Of a DNA stretch of 50,127 bases, positions 20,392 to 29,381 are shown piece after piece. The stretch's first letter is position 1; every line of letters begins with the position of its first letter. The translations under genes were made by a program, and so were the position numbers. The DNA is from a virus (lineage: Duplodnaviria > Caudoviricetes), in IMG/VR virus record IMGVR_UViG_3300020045_020734, positions 1-50,127 of that record, one strand, 5' to 3'. Below the pieces are notes generated by a model. It was not told where the DNA came from and ran no database searches. It saw only the letters and a program-made list of their open reading frames with translations.

Positions 20392-20580
20392 ATGTTGAAA
20401 TAGGAGATTATAAATACTCGTGTAAGAGCGATGTTGAAATAGGTTGAAATCGAAAAACCCCTTACAGAATATCTGTAAGGGGTTTTTGTCAATTTTCGTA
20501 CCCGGAGCCGAAATATTAATTAGGCTACAAGCATTTAAAAGTCAATACCTTACAAAATTATGTTGAAATATTGTTGAATT
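20392..20580. other. Putative attP: tRNA-3'-end core with arm-type repeats
   Basis: Core 20498-20510 reads CGGCTCCGGGTAC on the minus strand; GTTGAAWT repeats on both sides; hairpin 20453-20487. Confidence 0.7.
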
Positions 20581-20589
20581 TTTTTTTAG

Positions 20590-21486
20590 TTATTCAATAT
20601 GTTTGTAGAAGTCAACTTCATATAGAAATCCAATGTTATGGTTTTGATTTGATTGCAATTGCATTGCTTTCTCGACCTTTCTTCCATAAGTTGAAAATGC
20701 CCAACATGAGTTTTTTTCATCACATATTAATAAATAGTCAGTTTTTGTCGAAACAGAAGTCCTTACTACACCACCTCTATCCTGAATTAGTTGAACAATT
20801 TCAGCACGTGTATTATAAAGTGAGTTACCGGTAATACAGAAAGCTTTTCCTTCAATTACAATTTCGTTTTCGCTTGGGTTTAATTTGATAGAATCAATCA
20901 AAGAAGAATTATCAGAGTCTCCTAAATCAGAGAGTATTATTGAAGATATATTAAGTAGCTGTTTTTCTGATTCGGCTGAAAAATACCCATCTTCTACTAC
21001 CTTATTGATTATTTTTGTTACTTCATCAAAAAGCCAAGTGTTTGAAAGATATTTGTTTTCATTAAGCCAATCATTGAGATAACTTAATTCTTCATTATTA
21101 ACTTTCCCATCCGCAGTAATTCCGCTAATTATACCAGTCAGTTGTTGAGTAGCTGATGTAATTATGTTATAGTATGGGTTTTTCTTATCTAAGTATTGCT
21201 CACAAAGCCATTGCAGGTCTTCTGCCTCATCTTCAGTTATTATATCATCAGCAATTACTTTTCGAAGATTTTCTATAAATACTCTATATGGGAAGTATTT
21301 TTCAAAATCTCTAACAGCATCAATCCAATCTTTTACAAGTCCGATTTCTCTTTGGTTTACAAGGCTGTCTGCTTTAATTCCAAATAGAATCCCTTTTAAG
21401 ATATTTAGGTCTTTTTCAAGTTGAGCTTTTGATGCGTAGGCTTGGTATTTATTATTGTCAAATGATTCAAGAGTGGCAATATTCAT
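20590..21486 (-). CDS. BRCT-domain protein with a duplicated TerB-like N-terminal region (moron)
   Basis: GKAFCITG, GG, KTDYL and YGRKVEKA BRCT motifs; two LxGIxxGIxAD repeats. Confidence 0.8.
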   Translation of the reverse strand: MNIATLESFDNNKYQAYASKAQLEKDLNILKGILFGIKADSLVNQREIGLVKDWIDAVRDFEKYFPYRVFIENLRKVIADDIITEDEAEDLQWLCEQYLDKKNPYYNIITSATQQLTGIISGITADGKVNNEELSYLNDWLNENKYLSNTWLFDEVTKIINKVVEDGYFSAESEKQLLNISSIILSDLGDSDNSSLIDSIKLNPSENEIVIEGKAFCITGNSLYNTRAEIVQLIQDRGGVVRTSVSTKTDYLLICDEKNSCWAFSTYGRKVEKAMQLQSNQNHNIGFLYEVDFYKHIE

Positions 21487-21513
21487 TTTGGTAGTTAAGT
21501 TTAGTTATTATAA

Positions 21514-21939
21514 TTATTTTTTATCGTTGCAGAGACTTTTCCCCTTTTCCAAAAGTGGAGTAATATCCATTCTTATTGTTGCCTTTTCTTCGCTAAGTCC
21601 GAGTTTCATATATTCTTTTTTAGCTTTTTCATCGACAGCCCAAATAGTTTCTAATTTCTTTCCTCCGTGCGATTCTGCAAAACTTTGCCCAGCTCCATTA
21701 ATGCCATAAAGACTACCTTCTGCCAATAAGAGGATATTCGAACCGTCACACCAAAGTTTCCCGCTTTTTACAGTTAGGGGCCAACCTTGTATATCTGTAT
21801 CCTTTATCATAATTGAATTATCTGGCTTGTTTTCAATTTCAGTTTTTCGCTTATTTTCTTCGTTGGCGAGTCCAGCAATGTACCCAAAGACAAAAAGAAG
21901 GACAATAATTGTAAATGCGATTTTTAGTATATTTTTCAT
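21514..21939 (-). CDS. YebY/DUF2511-like exported protein
   Basis: N-terminal TM; WPLTVKSGKLWC and YGING motifs. Confidence 0.65.
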   Translation of the reverse strand: MKNILKIAFTIIVLLFVFGYIAGLANEENKRKTEIENKPDNSIMIKDTDIQGWPLTVKSGKLWCDGSNILLLAEGSLYGINGAGQSFAESHGGKKLETIWAVDEKAKKEYMKLGLSEEKATIRMDITPLLEKGKSLCNDKK

Positions 21940-21989
21940 AATTGTTTAGTTTTCAAATCTAAGTGAAGTATAATTTATGATGATGTGGG

Positions 21990-22361
21990 TTAGGTGTTTG
22001 TTACAGATACAGGGGCTTCCACCCTGTTTTTCGTTTTCAACTCTTCATTTTCTCTTGACTTATACATAAGTAGCTCTTCCATCAATTTATATTTTTCTTG
22101 CTTTTCCTTTTCGAGTTCTTCTTTTGGTACAACATCTTCATTGAAGACTATTTTATCATTGCTCCCTATTTTGCCGAGTAGCCATAATGGATTTACATTA
22201 AATCGTTCGATGATTGCTCCGAAGATTTCAGGCGTTATTTTTTGTGTACCAGCCTGAACCTTAGAAACTTTAGATTGACTAATGCCAAGCTCTTTTGCAA
22301 AGTCACTTTGGTTCAAATTGAAATATTTAACTATTGTTATAAGTCTTTGATATTGAGGCAT
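21990..22361 (-). CDS. CI-like HTH repressor without an S24 peptidase domain
   Basis: LNQSDFAKELGISQSKVS HTH, VNPLWLL motif; divergent from the early operon. Confidence 0.85.
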   Translation of the reverse strand: MPQYQRLITIVKYFNLNQSDFAKELGISQSKVSKVQAGTQKITPEIFGAIIERFNVNPLWLLGKIGSNDKIVFNEDVVPKEELEKEKQEKYKLMEELLMYKSRENEELKTKNRVEAPVSVTNT

Positions 22362-22382
22362 TTACATAATTGTTTAAAAATA

Positions 22383-22518
22383 TTTTCGATTTGGAATAAA
22401 ATAATGCGTTTTTGGCTTTGATTATTCCAAATCGAATATTAATATTGTAATGTATTTAAGTCGTACAAATATAGGTACTACAATGTAATGATAGAATAAA
22501 TTAATTCTAATTAGAATA
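22383..22518. promoter_or_regulatory. Genetic switch with three operator-like sites (TTC-N6-GAATA)
   Basis: 22383-22398, 22423-22438 and 22503-22518; the first two contain a 15-bp perfect inverted repeat. Confidence 0.7.
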
Positions 22519-22536
22519 AGAAAATTATCAAACGGT

Positions 22537-22764
22537 ATGAAAACCCTAACAATAGAGCAGAAAGATGATTTTAAGGAAATTAAACCAACTTTACCAAAGG
22601 GTTGGACTACTCTTTATATTGGAACTTTTCATAAAAGGACAATGGGTTTAGATGTACTTAAAAAGTATAAGCGACTGCTAAACATTAATGATGGGAGAGC
22701 AGCACCAACTAAGGACGAATTCAAGAAAATGAAGTTATTAATTGAATCAAAAACGAAAAACTAA
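22537..22764 (+). CDS. Cro-position small basic protein
   Basis: 75 aa, first gene divergent from the repressor. Confidence 0.5.
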   Translation: MKTLTIEQKDDFKEIKPTLPKGWTTLYIGTFHKRTMGLDVLKKYKRLLNINDGRAAPTKDEFKKMKLLIESKTKN

Positions 22765-22874
22765 TGGCAATAGTCATATTTGGTTTGCTTCTACTTGGTT
22801 TAGGAGTATACTTATCATTTATCGTTACCAAAAGTCATCGTGGGGATGACCCTTTGGAAGGATGGAAGCCTTGA
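22764..22874 (+). CDS. 36-aa single-TM peptide (absent from the ORF track)
   Basis: TAATG coupling to the previous gene; MAIVIFGLLLLGLGVYLSFIV. Confidence 0.5.
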   Translation: MAIVIFGLLLLGLGVYLSFIVTKSHRGDDPLEGWKP

Positions 22875-22971
22875 TTTATAATGGTTATCTGAAATAGTTT
22901 ATCTGGCTACTCTTAGTGGTCAGATAACTTTTAAAAAGTGATGTTCAATTTAAAAAAAACAACAAAAAGCA

Positions 22972-23247
22972 ATGACAGCAAATGTTTTATTGCCGAATCA
23001 TATTTCGGCATTCTTGAAAGCGGTTACTACTCCGCCAATAGTAGGGTTTTCTCCAATCTTTGATTGTGATGATGTACAAGTTCAGGAAGTAAATCCAGAC
23101 GAATGGTTGATTGATTTTTCAGGAAAAATTAAACCTGACAAGATAAATATGGCTTTGGCTTGGTTGCCAAAAACGCATAAGTTTCAAGGTATGGGAGTTT
23201 TTGACAATTTATTGTCGATGACAATCAGCCCAAAGGTTAGTAAATAA
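22972..23247 (+). CDS. Hypothetical early protein
   Basis: 91-aa ORF with A-rich leader. Confidence 0.6.
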   Translation: MTANVLLPNHISAFLKAVTTPPIVGFSPIFDCDDVQVQEVNPDEWLIDFSGKIKPDKINMALAWLPKTHKFQGMGVFDNLLSMTISPKVSK

Positions 23248-23400
23248 ATTTTGGTGTGTTAGAAGACAGAATAGCCGTTTCATCTTGAAACGGCTTATTT
23301 TCAAAACACATCGCCTAATGACCATCAGAAAGACTGGTGTTTTTTAGGTTTTCCTTATAACTGCTCATCTTTTTGGGCAGTTATTTTCAAAAGAAAAATC

Positions 23401-23775
23401 ATGCAACATTCACAAAAAATAACTTCAAAATCTGTCATCCAAGAAATTGACAACTGTAAATATTTGAGTTGGTCGGCAGAGGAATTAGCACAAAAAACGG
23501 CTGTACTTCAAAAAGGCAGAGATATTCTGTCTGGAATAATTGAAGATTTGGAAAACTGGGAAGAAAAATCAACCTATGTTAACAATTTGGCAAATGTTGA
23601 TAACTACCTCAACATTTTAAACACGAAAGGGAAACCATTTGATGGACGTGTTGAGCCTAAAAAAGCACATAAACAAGAGCCTGATTTTATAATTAAAGAT
23701 GAAGCAAAAACAACACTTAAAGAGGCTTTTTTTATTGGCATTATAATCTTAATGATTGCCTCATTAATTCTATGA
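23401..23775 (+). CDS. Hypothetical protein with C-terminal TM
   Basis: 124 aa, hydrophobic tail. Confidence 0.6.
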   Translation: MQHSQKITSKSVIQEIDNCKYLSWSAEELAQKTAVLQKGRDILSGIIEDLENWEEKSTYVNNLANVDNYLNILNTKGKPFDGRVEPKKAHKQEPDFIIKDEAKTTLKEAFFIGIIILMIASLIL

Positions 23776-23869
23776 AAAATTTCTTAAATAATGCTAATAA
23801 GGATGAAAAATTGATTGTGTTTTTTTCGATAATTAATATCATTCTATCACTCATAATCTTGACGTTAAC

Positions 23870-24175
23870 ATGGAAATCCAAGGTATCATAATATCATATT
23901 TTGCAGGAGAGCCTTTTTCAGACGAAAAGGCTGAAACTCAAGTAAGATTTAATGTGCTAAATCTGAAACTGCTCACAGTAAATAATTTTATTAGTCAGAT
24001 TAATAAAAATGCTATCGAAGCATTTAATACAGCTGAGTTAATCAAACTTTTGGAAAATGTTTGGTCGGCGGTTAATGAAGAATTTAACGCATTGCCACGA
24101 TTACCAATTGTTGTTAAAAATATAGATCCTTCAACGGTTGATAAACTGTCTGAAAAGAATAAAGGGACTGATTAA
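23870..24175 (+). CDS. Hypothetical protein
   Basis: 101-aa ORF in the early operon. Confidence 0.55.
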   Translation: MEIQGIIISYFAGEPFSDEKAETQVRFNVLNLKLLTVNNFISQINKNAIEAFNTAELIKLLENVWSAVNEEFNALPRLPIVVKNIDPSTVDKLSEKNKGTD

Positions 24176-24378
24176 TGATACTTCCTCACAAAAAAATCGA
24201 AGAACTTCAGCCAAAGGATATAGAAGAAACGCTTTTATTCTTGGTTAAGGATTTGGCTGAATGGGAATCATTTAGGAGAAAAACCAATGATTACTACATG
24301 AGGCAATCGGCTGATAAATACATCCGCCAACGTGAGGAAAAGATTAATGAATTGCAAATGGCTAACCAAATAAAATAA
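24175..24378 (+). CDS. Hypothetical protein
   Basis: 67 aa, TAATG coupling. Confidence 0.55.
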   Translation: MILPHKKIEELQPKDIEETLLFLVKDLAEWESFRRKTNDYYMRQSADKYIRQREEKINELQMANQIK

Positions 24379-24404
24379 CTGTATTTCTGTATCGCCTTTA
24401 GATT

Positions 24405-27400
24405 ATGTCCTATATAACAATACCAGAATATTTATTACAGACCAATGGGGGATTAGATGTTATTACCCATTTCTACCCAGAGGCAGAGAATTGTATTGAG
24501 AATAGGAACTTTAAGTTTTCTATTCGAGATGAAAAAACCCCGTCAGCTACCATTTTTCAGGGTGATGACAAACAATGGCGTGTTCAAGATTTTGGCGATA
24601 AATCTTACTCGTGTTTTGACTTGACAATGAAGGAGTTGAATTGTGACTTTAAAGCGGCATTACGCTTTATTGAAATCAAATTCAATATTTCCCCAACCGA
24701 AGGAACGACCAAAAGTCCACGTGCAAAGTACAGGATTGATGATGCTCCTGAAGATGCAGAATTAAGTACAAGAACCTGGGTAATTAAAGAAAAGATTACG
24801 GCAACGGATTGTAAGCATATCTTTTCAAAAACGGCATGGGATAAACTTACGAAAGATGACGAGACGAATAAAAATGATTCACCAGAGGAGCGAGGTGTAA
24901 AAAGAGCATTAAAGATTTTTGAGCGTTATAATTTCTTTTTTCTTGAGAAGAGTAGTATCGTGAAATTAGACAAAGAGTCTGGGAAAAAGGTAATTCACAC
25001 TTGGGAAAGTAACGATGAATATCCGCTCTGTATGTTTCAGGAAGGTAATTGGCAAAAGTTTTATTCTCCTTACTCTAAAAAGCATCGGTTTTCGTCTTAT
25101 GGTAAAAAGCCAAAAGATTACACCTTTGGACTTGAGTATTTGAATAGACTCCACAGTGGGGACAAAGATGACAAAGCTGACGAGATTATTATTTGTACAG
25201 GTGGAAGCGATGCACTGAATGTAGCAGCACTTGGTTTTTTACCAGTTTGGTTCAATTCTGAAACGGTAAAGCCTGAATCAATTCCATTTCATGAATTAAA
25301 AAGGCTTGCTTGGAGAGTTTACAATCTGCCAGATATTGACAGCACAGGTTTGACGAAGGCAAGAGAATTAGCACTTTACTATCTTGATATTCACACGATT
25401 TATTTACCTGATGAATTGAAACGACTCAAATCAGGAAAATATACGGACGATGGAGAACCAAAATACTGTAAAGACGTAAAGGATTATTTGAATAAGTACG
25501 GTGAAAGAGATTTTAAGAATTTGCTTGTAAATGCTTATCCATTACGGTTTTGGACTTCTGCTTTAGCAGTTGATAGTAAAGGAGAGTCTAAAAAGGTTGA
25601 TGGTAAAGATGTATATAAGTATAGTCCGCATCCTGTTTTAACACTCAATTTCCTTAATAAAAGTGGCTTTGGTGTTTTAGATTCTGCCAATGGTCAATTA
25701 AAATCGTTTGTAAAGGTTGAGCGAAATATTGTAAAGCAAGTTCAGGCGGGCGATATGAAGCAATACATTGACGACTTTCTGGAAAAACGTTATATGCCAT
25801 GGGATTTGAGAACGGCATTTCTAAGAAGTAAAGATGTAAGTGATTCATCGCTTGAGCGATTGGCAAGATTGCCTTTAGATTTTGATGACCATGACCGAGA
25901 TTCTCAATTCATGTTTTTCCAGAATGAATCTTGGAAAGTTACGAAAGAAGGCGTTGAGGTTATTTCAGCAACAAAATCAAATCGGTTTGTTTGGGAACAT
26001 GAAGTAATTGCACCAAAAATCTGGGACAATGAAAAACGGATTGAGAAAGCAATTGATGTGAAGAAATTGGACGAACCAATTTTTGAAATTTTCAAAAATG
26101 ATTTGGGAGATATGGATATTAAGATTCTTAACAAAGAATGTTCTTTTCTCAATTTCTTGATTAATACGAGCAGAGTACATTGGCGAGTTGAGTTGGAAGA
26201 TAGGCTTGAAACGTATGAAGGTGACAAGGAAGCTTATAGAGAGAAGCATAAGTTTTCAATTGATGGTGAGTTGTTGACAGCAGAAGAAATTGCAGACCAA
26301 AAGCAACACTTGATAGCTAAAATTTGTGCATCTGGGTATCTGCTACATCGCTATAAAGATGAAGCGAATACTTATGCAATTTGGTCGATGGATGCGGTCA
26401 TGAGAGATTCTGACAAGTCTCAGGGTGGTACAGGAAAGTCGCTTTTTGGTAAGTCATTCTTTCATTTAATGCAATATACGGTATTGGATGGACGAGATAG
26501 AAACTTAACTGCCAATAAGCACATTTTTGAGAACGTTACCGAGCATACCGATTATATGTTGCTCGACGATGGTGCTAAGTATCTGGACTTTAACTTTTTC
26601 TTTTCTTCTGTTACCTCATTCATGAAGGTTAACCCCAAGGGTACAAAAGGATTTGACTTGATGTTTAAGGATACGCCAAAACTTCATATTTCATCAAACT
26701 TTCCACCAATGGAGGCTGATGATAGTACGTTGCGACGTTTATGGTTTTTGGCTTTTTCAGATTATTACCACTACAATGCGAGTGGCGAGTATCGGGAACA
26801 ACGTTTGCCAAAGGACGAATTTGGAAAAAACTTATTCCAAAATTTTACGGAAGATGAATGGAATTCTTTTTTCAACATGGCCGCCGAAAGTGTTAAGGCT
26901 TACATGAATTTTGGCAAGTTAGAGCCACCAATGAAAGAGCTGATGGCGAATACGTTTAGAAACAAACTTGGAGCTCCATTTATGAACTGGGCGAGTTTCT
27001 ATTTTACGGCTGAAAACAATACTCTTAACTGCTTTTTGCACAAAAGACAATTGTTTGAAACTTTTAAAATGGAGGTTTCTTCTGATATGACTGCCAATAC
27101 TTTCAAGGATAAATTGGTGATGTATTGTAGAATGAAGTATTGGAATTTGAATCCGCCTGACGTAAAACACAGGCAAGCTGATGGACGTATCGGTAAGAAA
27201 ATTACGCATCAACCTGTATTTGACAACCGTTCAAAAACTTGGACTTTGGTAGAAATGCCAAAACCAATGTCGCAGGAATTTATTTACATTCAAACGGATG
27301 ATAATGAATTGACAACGAAAGGATTAGAGGAATATGACGGAGTTGTTAGATTAGTACCAACATCTAATATTGTACCAACGCCTAATGCTGTACTTACATC

Positions 27401-27428
27401 GAACCCAGAGAAAAAGCTACCATTTTAA
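24405..27428 (+). CDS. Primase-helicase replication protein
   Basis: DEKTPSA N-terminal primase motif, TOPRIM-like GGSDAL and DIDSTG, KDVKDY; P-loop GGTGKS, Walker B LLDD, ISSN sensor. Confidence 0.85.
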   Translation: MSYITIPEYLLQTNGGLDVITHFYPEAENCIENRNFKFSIRDEKTPSATIFQGDDKQWRVQDFGDKSYSCFDLTMKELNCDFKAALRFIEIKFNISPTEGTTKSPRAKYRIDDAPEDAELSTRTWVIKEKITATDCKHIFSKTAWDKLTKDDETNKNDSPEERGVKRALKIFERYNFFFLEKSSIVKLDKESGKKVIHTWESNDEYPLCMFQEGNWQKFYSPYSKKHRFSSYGKKPKDYTFGLEYLNRLHSGDKDDKADEIIICTGGSDALNVAALGFLPVWFNSETVKPESIPFHELKRLAWRVYNLPDIDSTGLTKARELALYYLDIHTIYLPDELKRLKSGKYTDDGEPKYCKDVKDYLNKYGERDFKNLLVNAYPLRFWTSALAVDSKGESKKVDGKDVYKYSPHPVLTLNFLNKSGFGVLDSANGQLKSFVKVERNIVKQVQAGDMKQYIDDFLEKRYMPWDLRTAFLRSKDVSDSSLERLARLPLDFDDHDRDSQFMFFQNESWKVTKEGVEVISATKSNRFVWEHEVIAPKIWDNEKRIEKAIDVKKLDEPIFEIFKNDLGDMDIKILNKECSFLNFLINTSRVHWRVELEDRLETYEGDKEAYREKHKFSIDGELLTAEEIADQKQHLIAKICASGYLLHRYKDEANTYAIWSMDAVMRDSDKSQGGTGKSLFGKSFFHLMQYTVLDGRDRNLTANKHIFENVTEHTDYMLLDDGAKYLDFNFFFSSVTSFMKVNPKGTKGFDLMFKDTPKLHISSNFPPMEADDSTLRRLWFLAFSDYYHYNASGEYREQRLPKDEFGKNLFQNFTEDEWNSFFNMAAESVKAYMNFGKLEPPMKELMANTFRNKLGAPFMNWASFYFTAENNTLNCFLHKRQLFETFKMEVSSDMTANTFKDKLVMYCRMKYWNLNPPDVKHRQADGRIGKKITHQPVFDNRSKTWTLVEMPKPMSQEFIYIQTDDNELTTKGLEEYDGVVRLVPTSNIVPTPNAVLTSNPEKKLPF

Positions 27429-27446
27429 ACAATTTAAACAAGAATA

Positions 27447-27947
27447 ATGAACATGAAAACGACTCCAATTTCAGTATTTTTTATCTTTATCGCAGTAGGA
27501 ATTATATCCTTTAGCATGATTAGAGGAAAACTTTTTGAACAGAATTGTTCTGGATATTTGATGAGAGCGGCTGATGCCAATACCGTCGAGACTGCCAAAG
27601 GAGAATTGCAAAAAGCAATAGTCTATCTGGAAGAACATGAATTAACAAGAGGTAATACTTCGTTTTTTTTCAATTCTCCAAAAAATGATATTGGTTTTTG
27701 GTACAAAAACCTGAAAGAAAGTGAAAGAGAATTATCAAAAATTGATAGTACAACGAGTTCTTTAGAAAAGACTAATGTGCTAATGAAGTTACGAGAAACA
27801 TTAATTGAAAATACAGAAAAAGGGGACGACGTAACAATGCCTGAAAGACTTGCACAGTATCCAAATCATGCGTTATGGTCTTTTCTCAATACAATATCAG
27901 CCCTTTTTTTATTCATCTTAATAGCAGTGTATTCCATTAAAAAGTAA
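27447..27947 (+). CDS. Two-TM membrane protein cassette
   Basis: N- and C-terminal TM segments; flanked by a 19-nt direct repeat. Confidence 0.65.
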   Translation: MNMKTTPISVFFIFIAVGIISFSMIRGKLFEQNCSGYLMRAADANTVETAKGELQKAIVYLEEHELTRGNTSFFFNSPKNDIGFWYKNLKESERELSKIDSTTSSLEKTNVLMKLRETLIENTEKGDDVTMPERLAQYPNHALWSFLNTISALFLFILIAVYSIKK

Positions 27948-27986
27948 TAATTACAATCAATTTTAAACAATTTAAACAGTAAAACA

Positions 27987-28172
27987 ATGAACAGATTTGC
28001 AGAATTAAAAGCATTAGTAGATGGCTTAGAAAACGATTTCGAGGCATTCTATGACAAAAACAACCAATCGGCAGGTACACGAGTAAGAGGTGCTATGCAG
28101 AAACTTAAAACGATTGCTCAGGAAGTTAGAGTTGATGTACAGGACATCAAAAACAATGGAGTGAAAGGGTGA
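27987..28172 (+). CDS. Histone H1-like (Hc1 family) protein
   Basis: FYDKNNQSAGTRVRGAMQKLK matches the Bacteroidota Hc1-like family. Confidence 0.85.
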   Translation: MNRFAELKALVDGLENDFEAFYDKNNQSAGTRVRGAMQKLKTIAQEVRVDVQDIKNNGVKG

Positions 28173-28303
28173 ATACCTACGGAGGTTCTGCACGCTGAGG
28201 CATCAGGTTTTGGCAGTATGGACGACGGTTATAACTAAAAAAAGTCGGGCAGTATTGGCGTACTGCTCCGACTTCAATCAAAAATTAAACGAAAACAAAG
28301 GTA

Positions 28304-29035
28304 ATGAATAAGAACTTAATTATTAATGGTCCACAATGTAGTGGGAAAAGTTTTATTGCATCTGCTTTATTGAGTAAATATCACCCGTACTATATTTCTC
28401 AACTGATTGTCAGAGAACGAAATAGTATCTTAGGATTACTCAAAAATTGCCATTCTAAGACTAAGTTTATAGTTTTTGATGAAGTAACTAAACATGGTGT
28501 TATGGAGGAAATTATGTCTTTGACATCTAATGGGGTTCAGTTGAAAAACGGCTTAACTATTTACCCACGAATTATCGTAATATTAGATACTACAAGTTTC
28601 TTATTAAGTGATTCTTATTCTCGTAGATTCAATGTCTTAAATACCAAATTAGATAAAATATCTGATTTGATGAATATTGTTGAAAGTTGGAATAATTGGG
28701 ATAATCAAAATGACTTGGAGAGTACACCTTGCGATACAAGTAAGGAAATTGGCAAAGAATTTTATTTGTGGGCAAATTCATTTTTTGAAAACGAGAAGTT
28801 TGAAAAATTTATTCAGATTGACGAGGCTAAGCGAAGGTATGAATTAACCAATAATTTGACTCTTTCGTACAGCACTTTCTTAGAAAAGCTTAAAATGTGG
28901 TGTCAGGTATTTGGCTATAAATTTAATCAGACTGATTTAACGAATGATTCAGGACGAATATTTAAAAAAGTTGGCAACGCTACCAGAGAATTCATTTTCA
29001 TTAGTAAGCAAAAGGAGGTGAGCGATGTCAAATAA
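28304..29035 (+). CDS. P-loop NTPase resembling the C-terminal part of the primase-helicase
   Basis: GPQCSGKS, IVFDE; C-terminal GKEFYLWANSFF...FLEKLKMWC. Confidence 0.65.
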   Translation: MNKNLIINGPQCSGKSFIASALLSKYHPYYISQLIVRERNSILGLLKNCHSKTKFIVFDEVTKHGVMEEIMSLTSNGVQLKNGLTIYPRIIVILDTTSFLLSDSYSRRFNVLNTKLDKISDLMNIVESWNNWDNQNDLESTPCDTSKEIGKEFYLWANSFFENEKFEKFIQIDEAKRRYELTNNLTLSYSTFLEKLKMWCQVFGYKFNQTDLTNDSGRIFKKVGNATREFIFISKQKEVSDVK

Positions 29036-29381
29036 TAATCAATTTGAAATTACTGGAATCTGTAAAGTAACGCTCGAAGCAAAGCCTTCTAAGAAAGAAA
29101 AATTTGTATTGATAGAGTCTAATACGTGGCTTGATAGTAGTCATGATTTTATCCAAAATCAATTTTATGGAAAAGATGGGGAAATGAATAAAGCAGGTTT
29201 AATGGCATTGTCGAACAGCTTTATTCAGGGTCTGAAAGCTTCATTGGAAAGAGGCGATAAGACAAAGGTTTGGGATAAAGACGAACATCTTTTGTGGATT
29301 AATAAAGAAATTATGCGACTGTTTCCATTAAAAACTACCGTTGCAGAATTAAGCGAAAAGGAGGTGAGCGATGCAAGATAA
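29025..29381 (+). CDS. Hypothetical protein (SD-linked cassette)
   Basis: Starts at GGAGGTGAGCGATG; ends EKEVSDAR. Confidence 0.7.
   Translation: MSNNNQFEITGICKVTLEAKPSKKEKFVLIESNTWLDSSHDFIQNQFYGKDGEMNKAGLMALSNSFIQGLKASLERGDKTKVWDKDEHLLWINKEIMRLFPLKTTVAELSEKEVSDAR

Noticed and set aside
20385-20492. N-terminal extension of the integrase in the ORF track
   Set aside because: It runs through the attP arm repeats and hairpin from a non-ATG start; ATG 20384 gives a typical 398-aa integrase.
20498-20510. Complete tRNA gene
   Set aside because: Only 13 nt resembling a 3' end; no TTCGA loop, D arm or anticodon arm adjacent.
28170-28275. GC-rich gap with the hairpin AAGTCGGGCAGTA-TTGGCG-TACTGCTCCGACTT as a tRNA or ribozyme
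   Set aside because: No cloverleaf or catalytic core; a single hairpin is consistent with a terminator or stability element.
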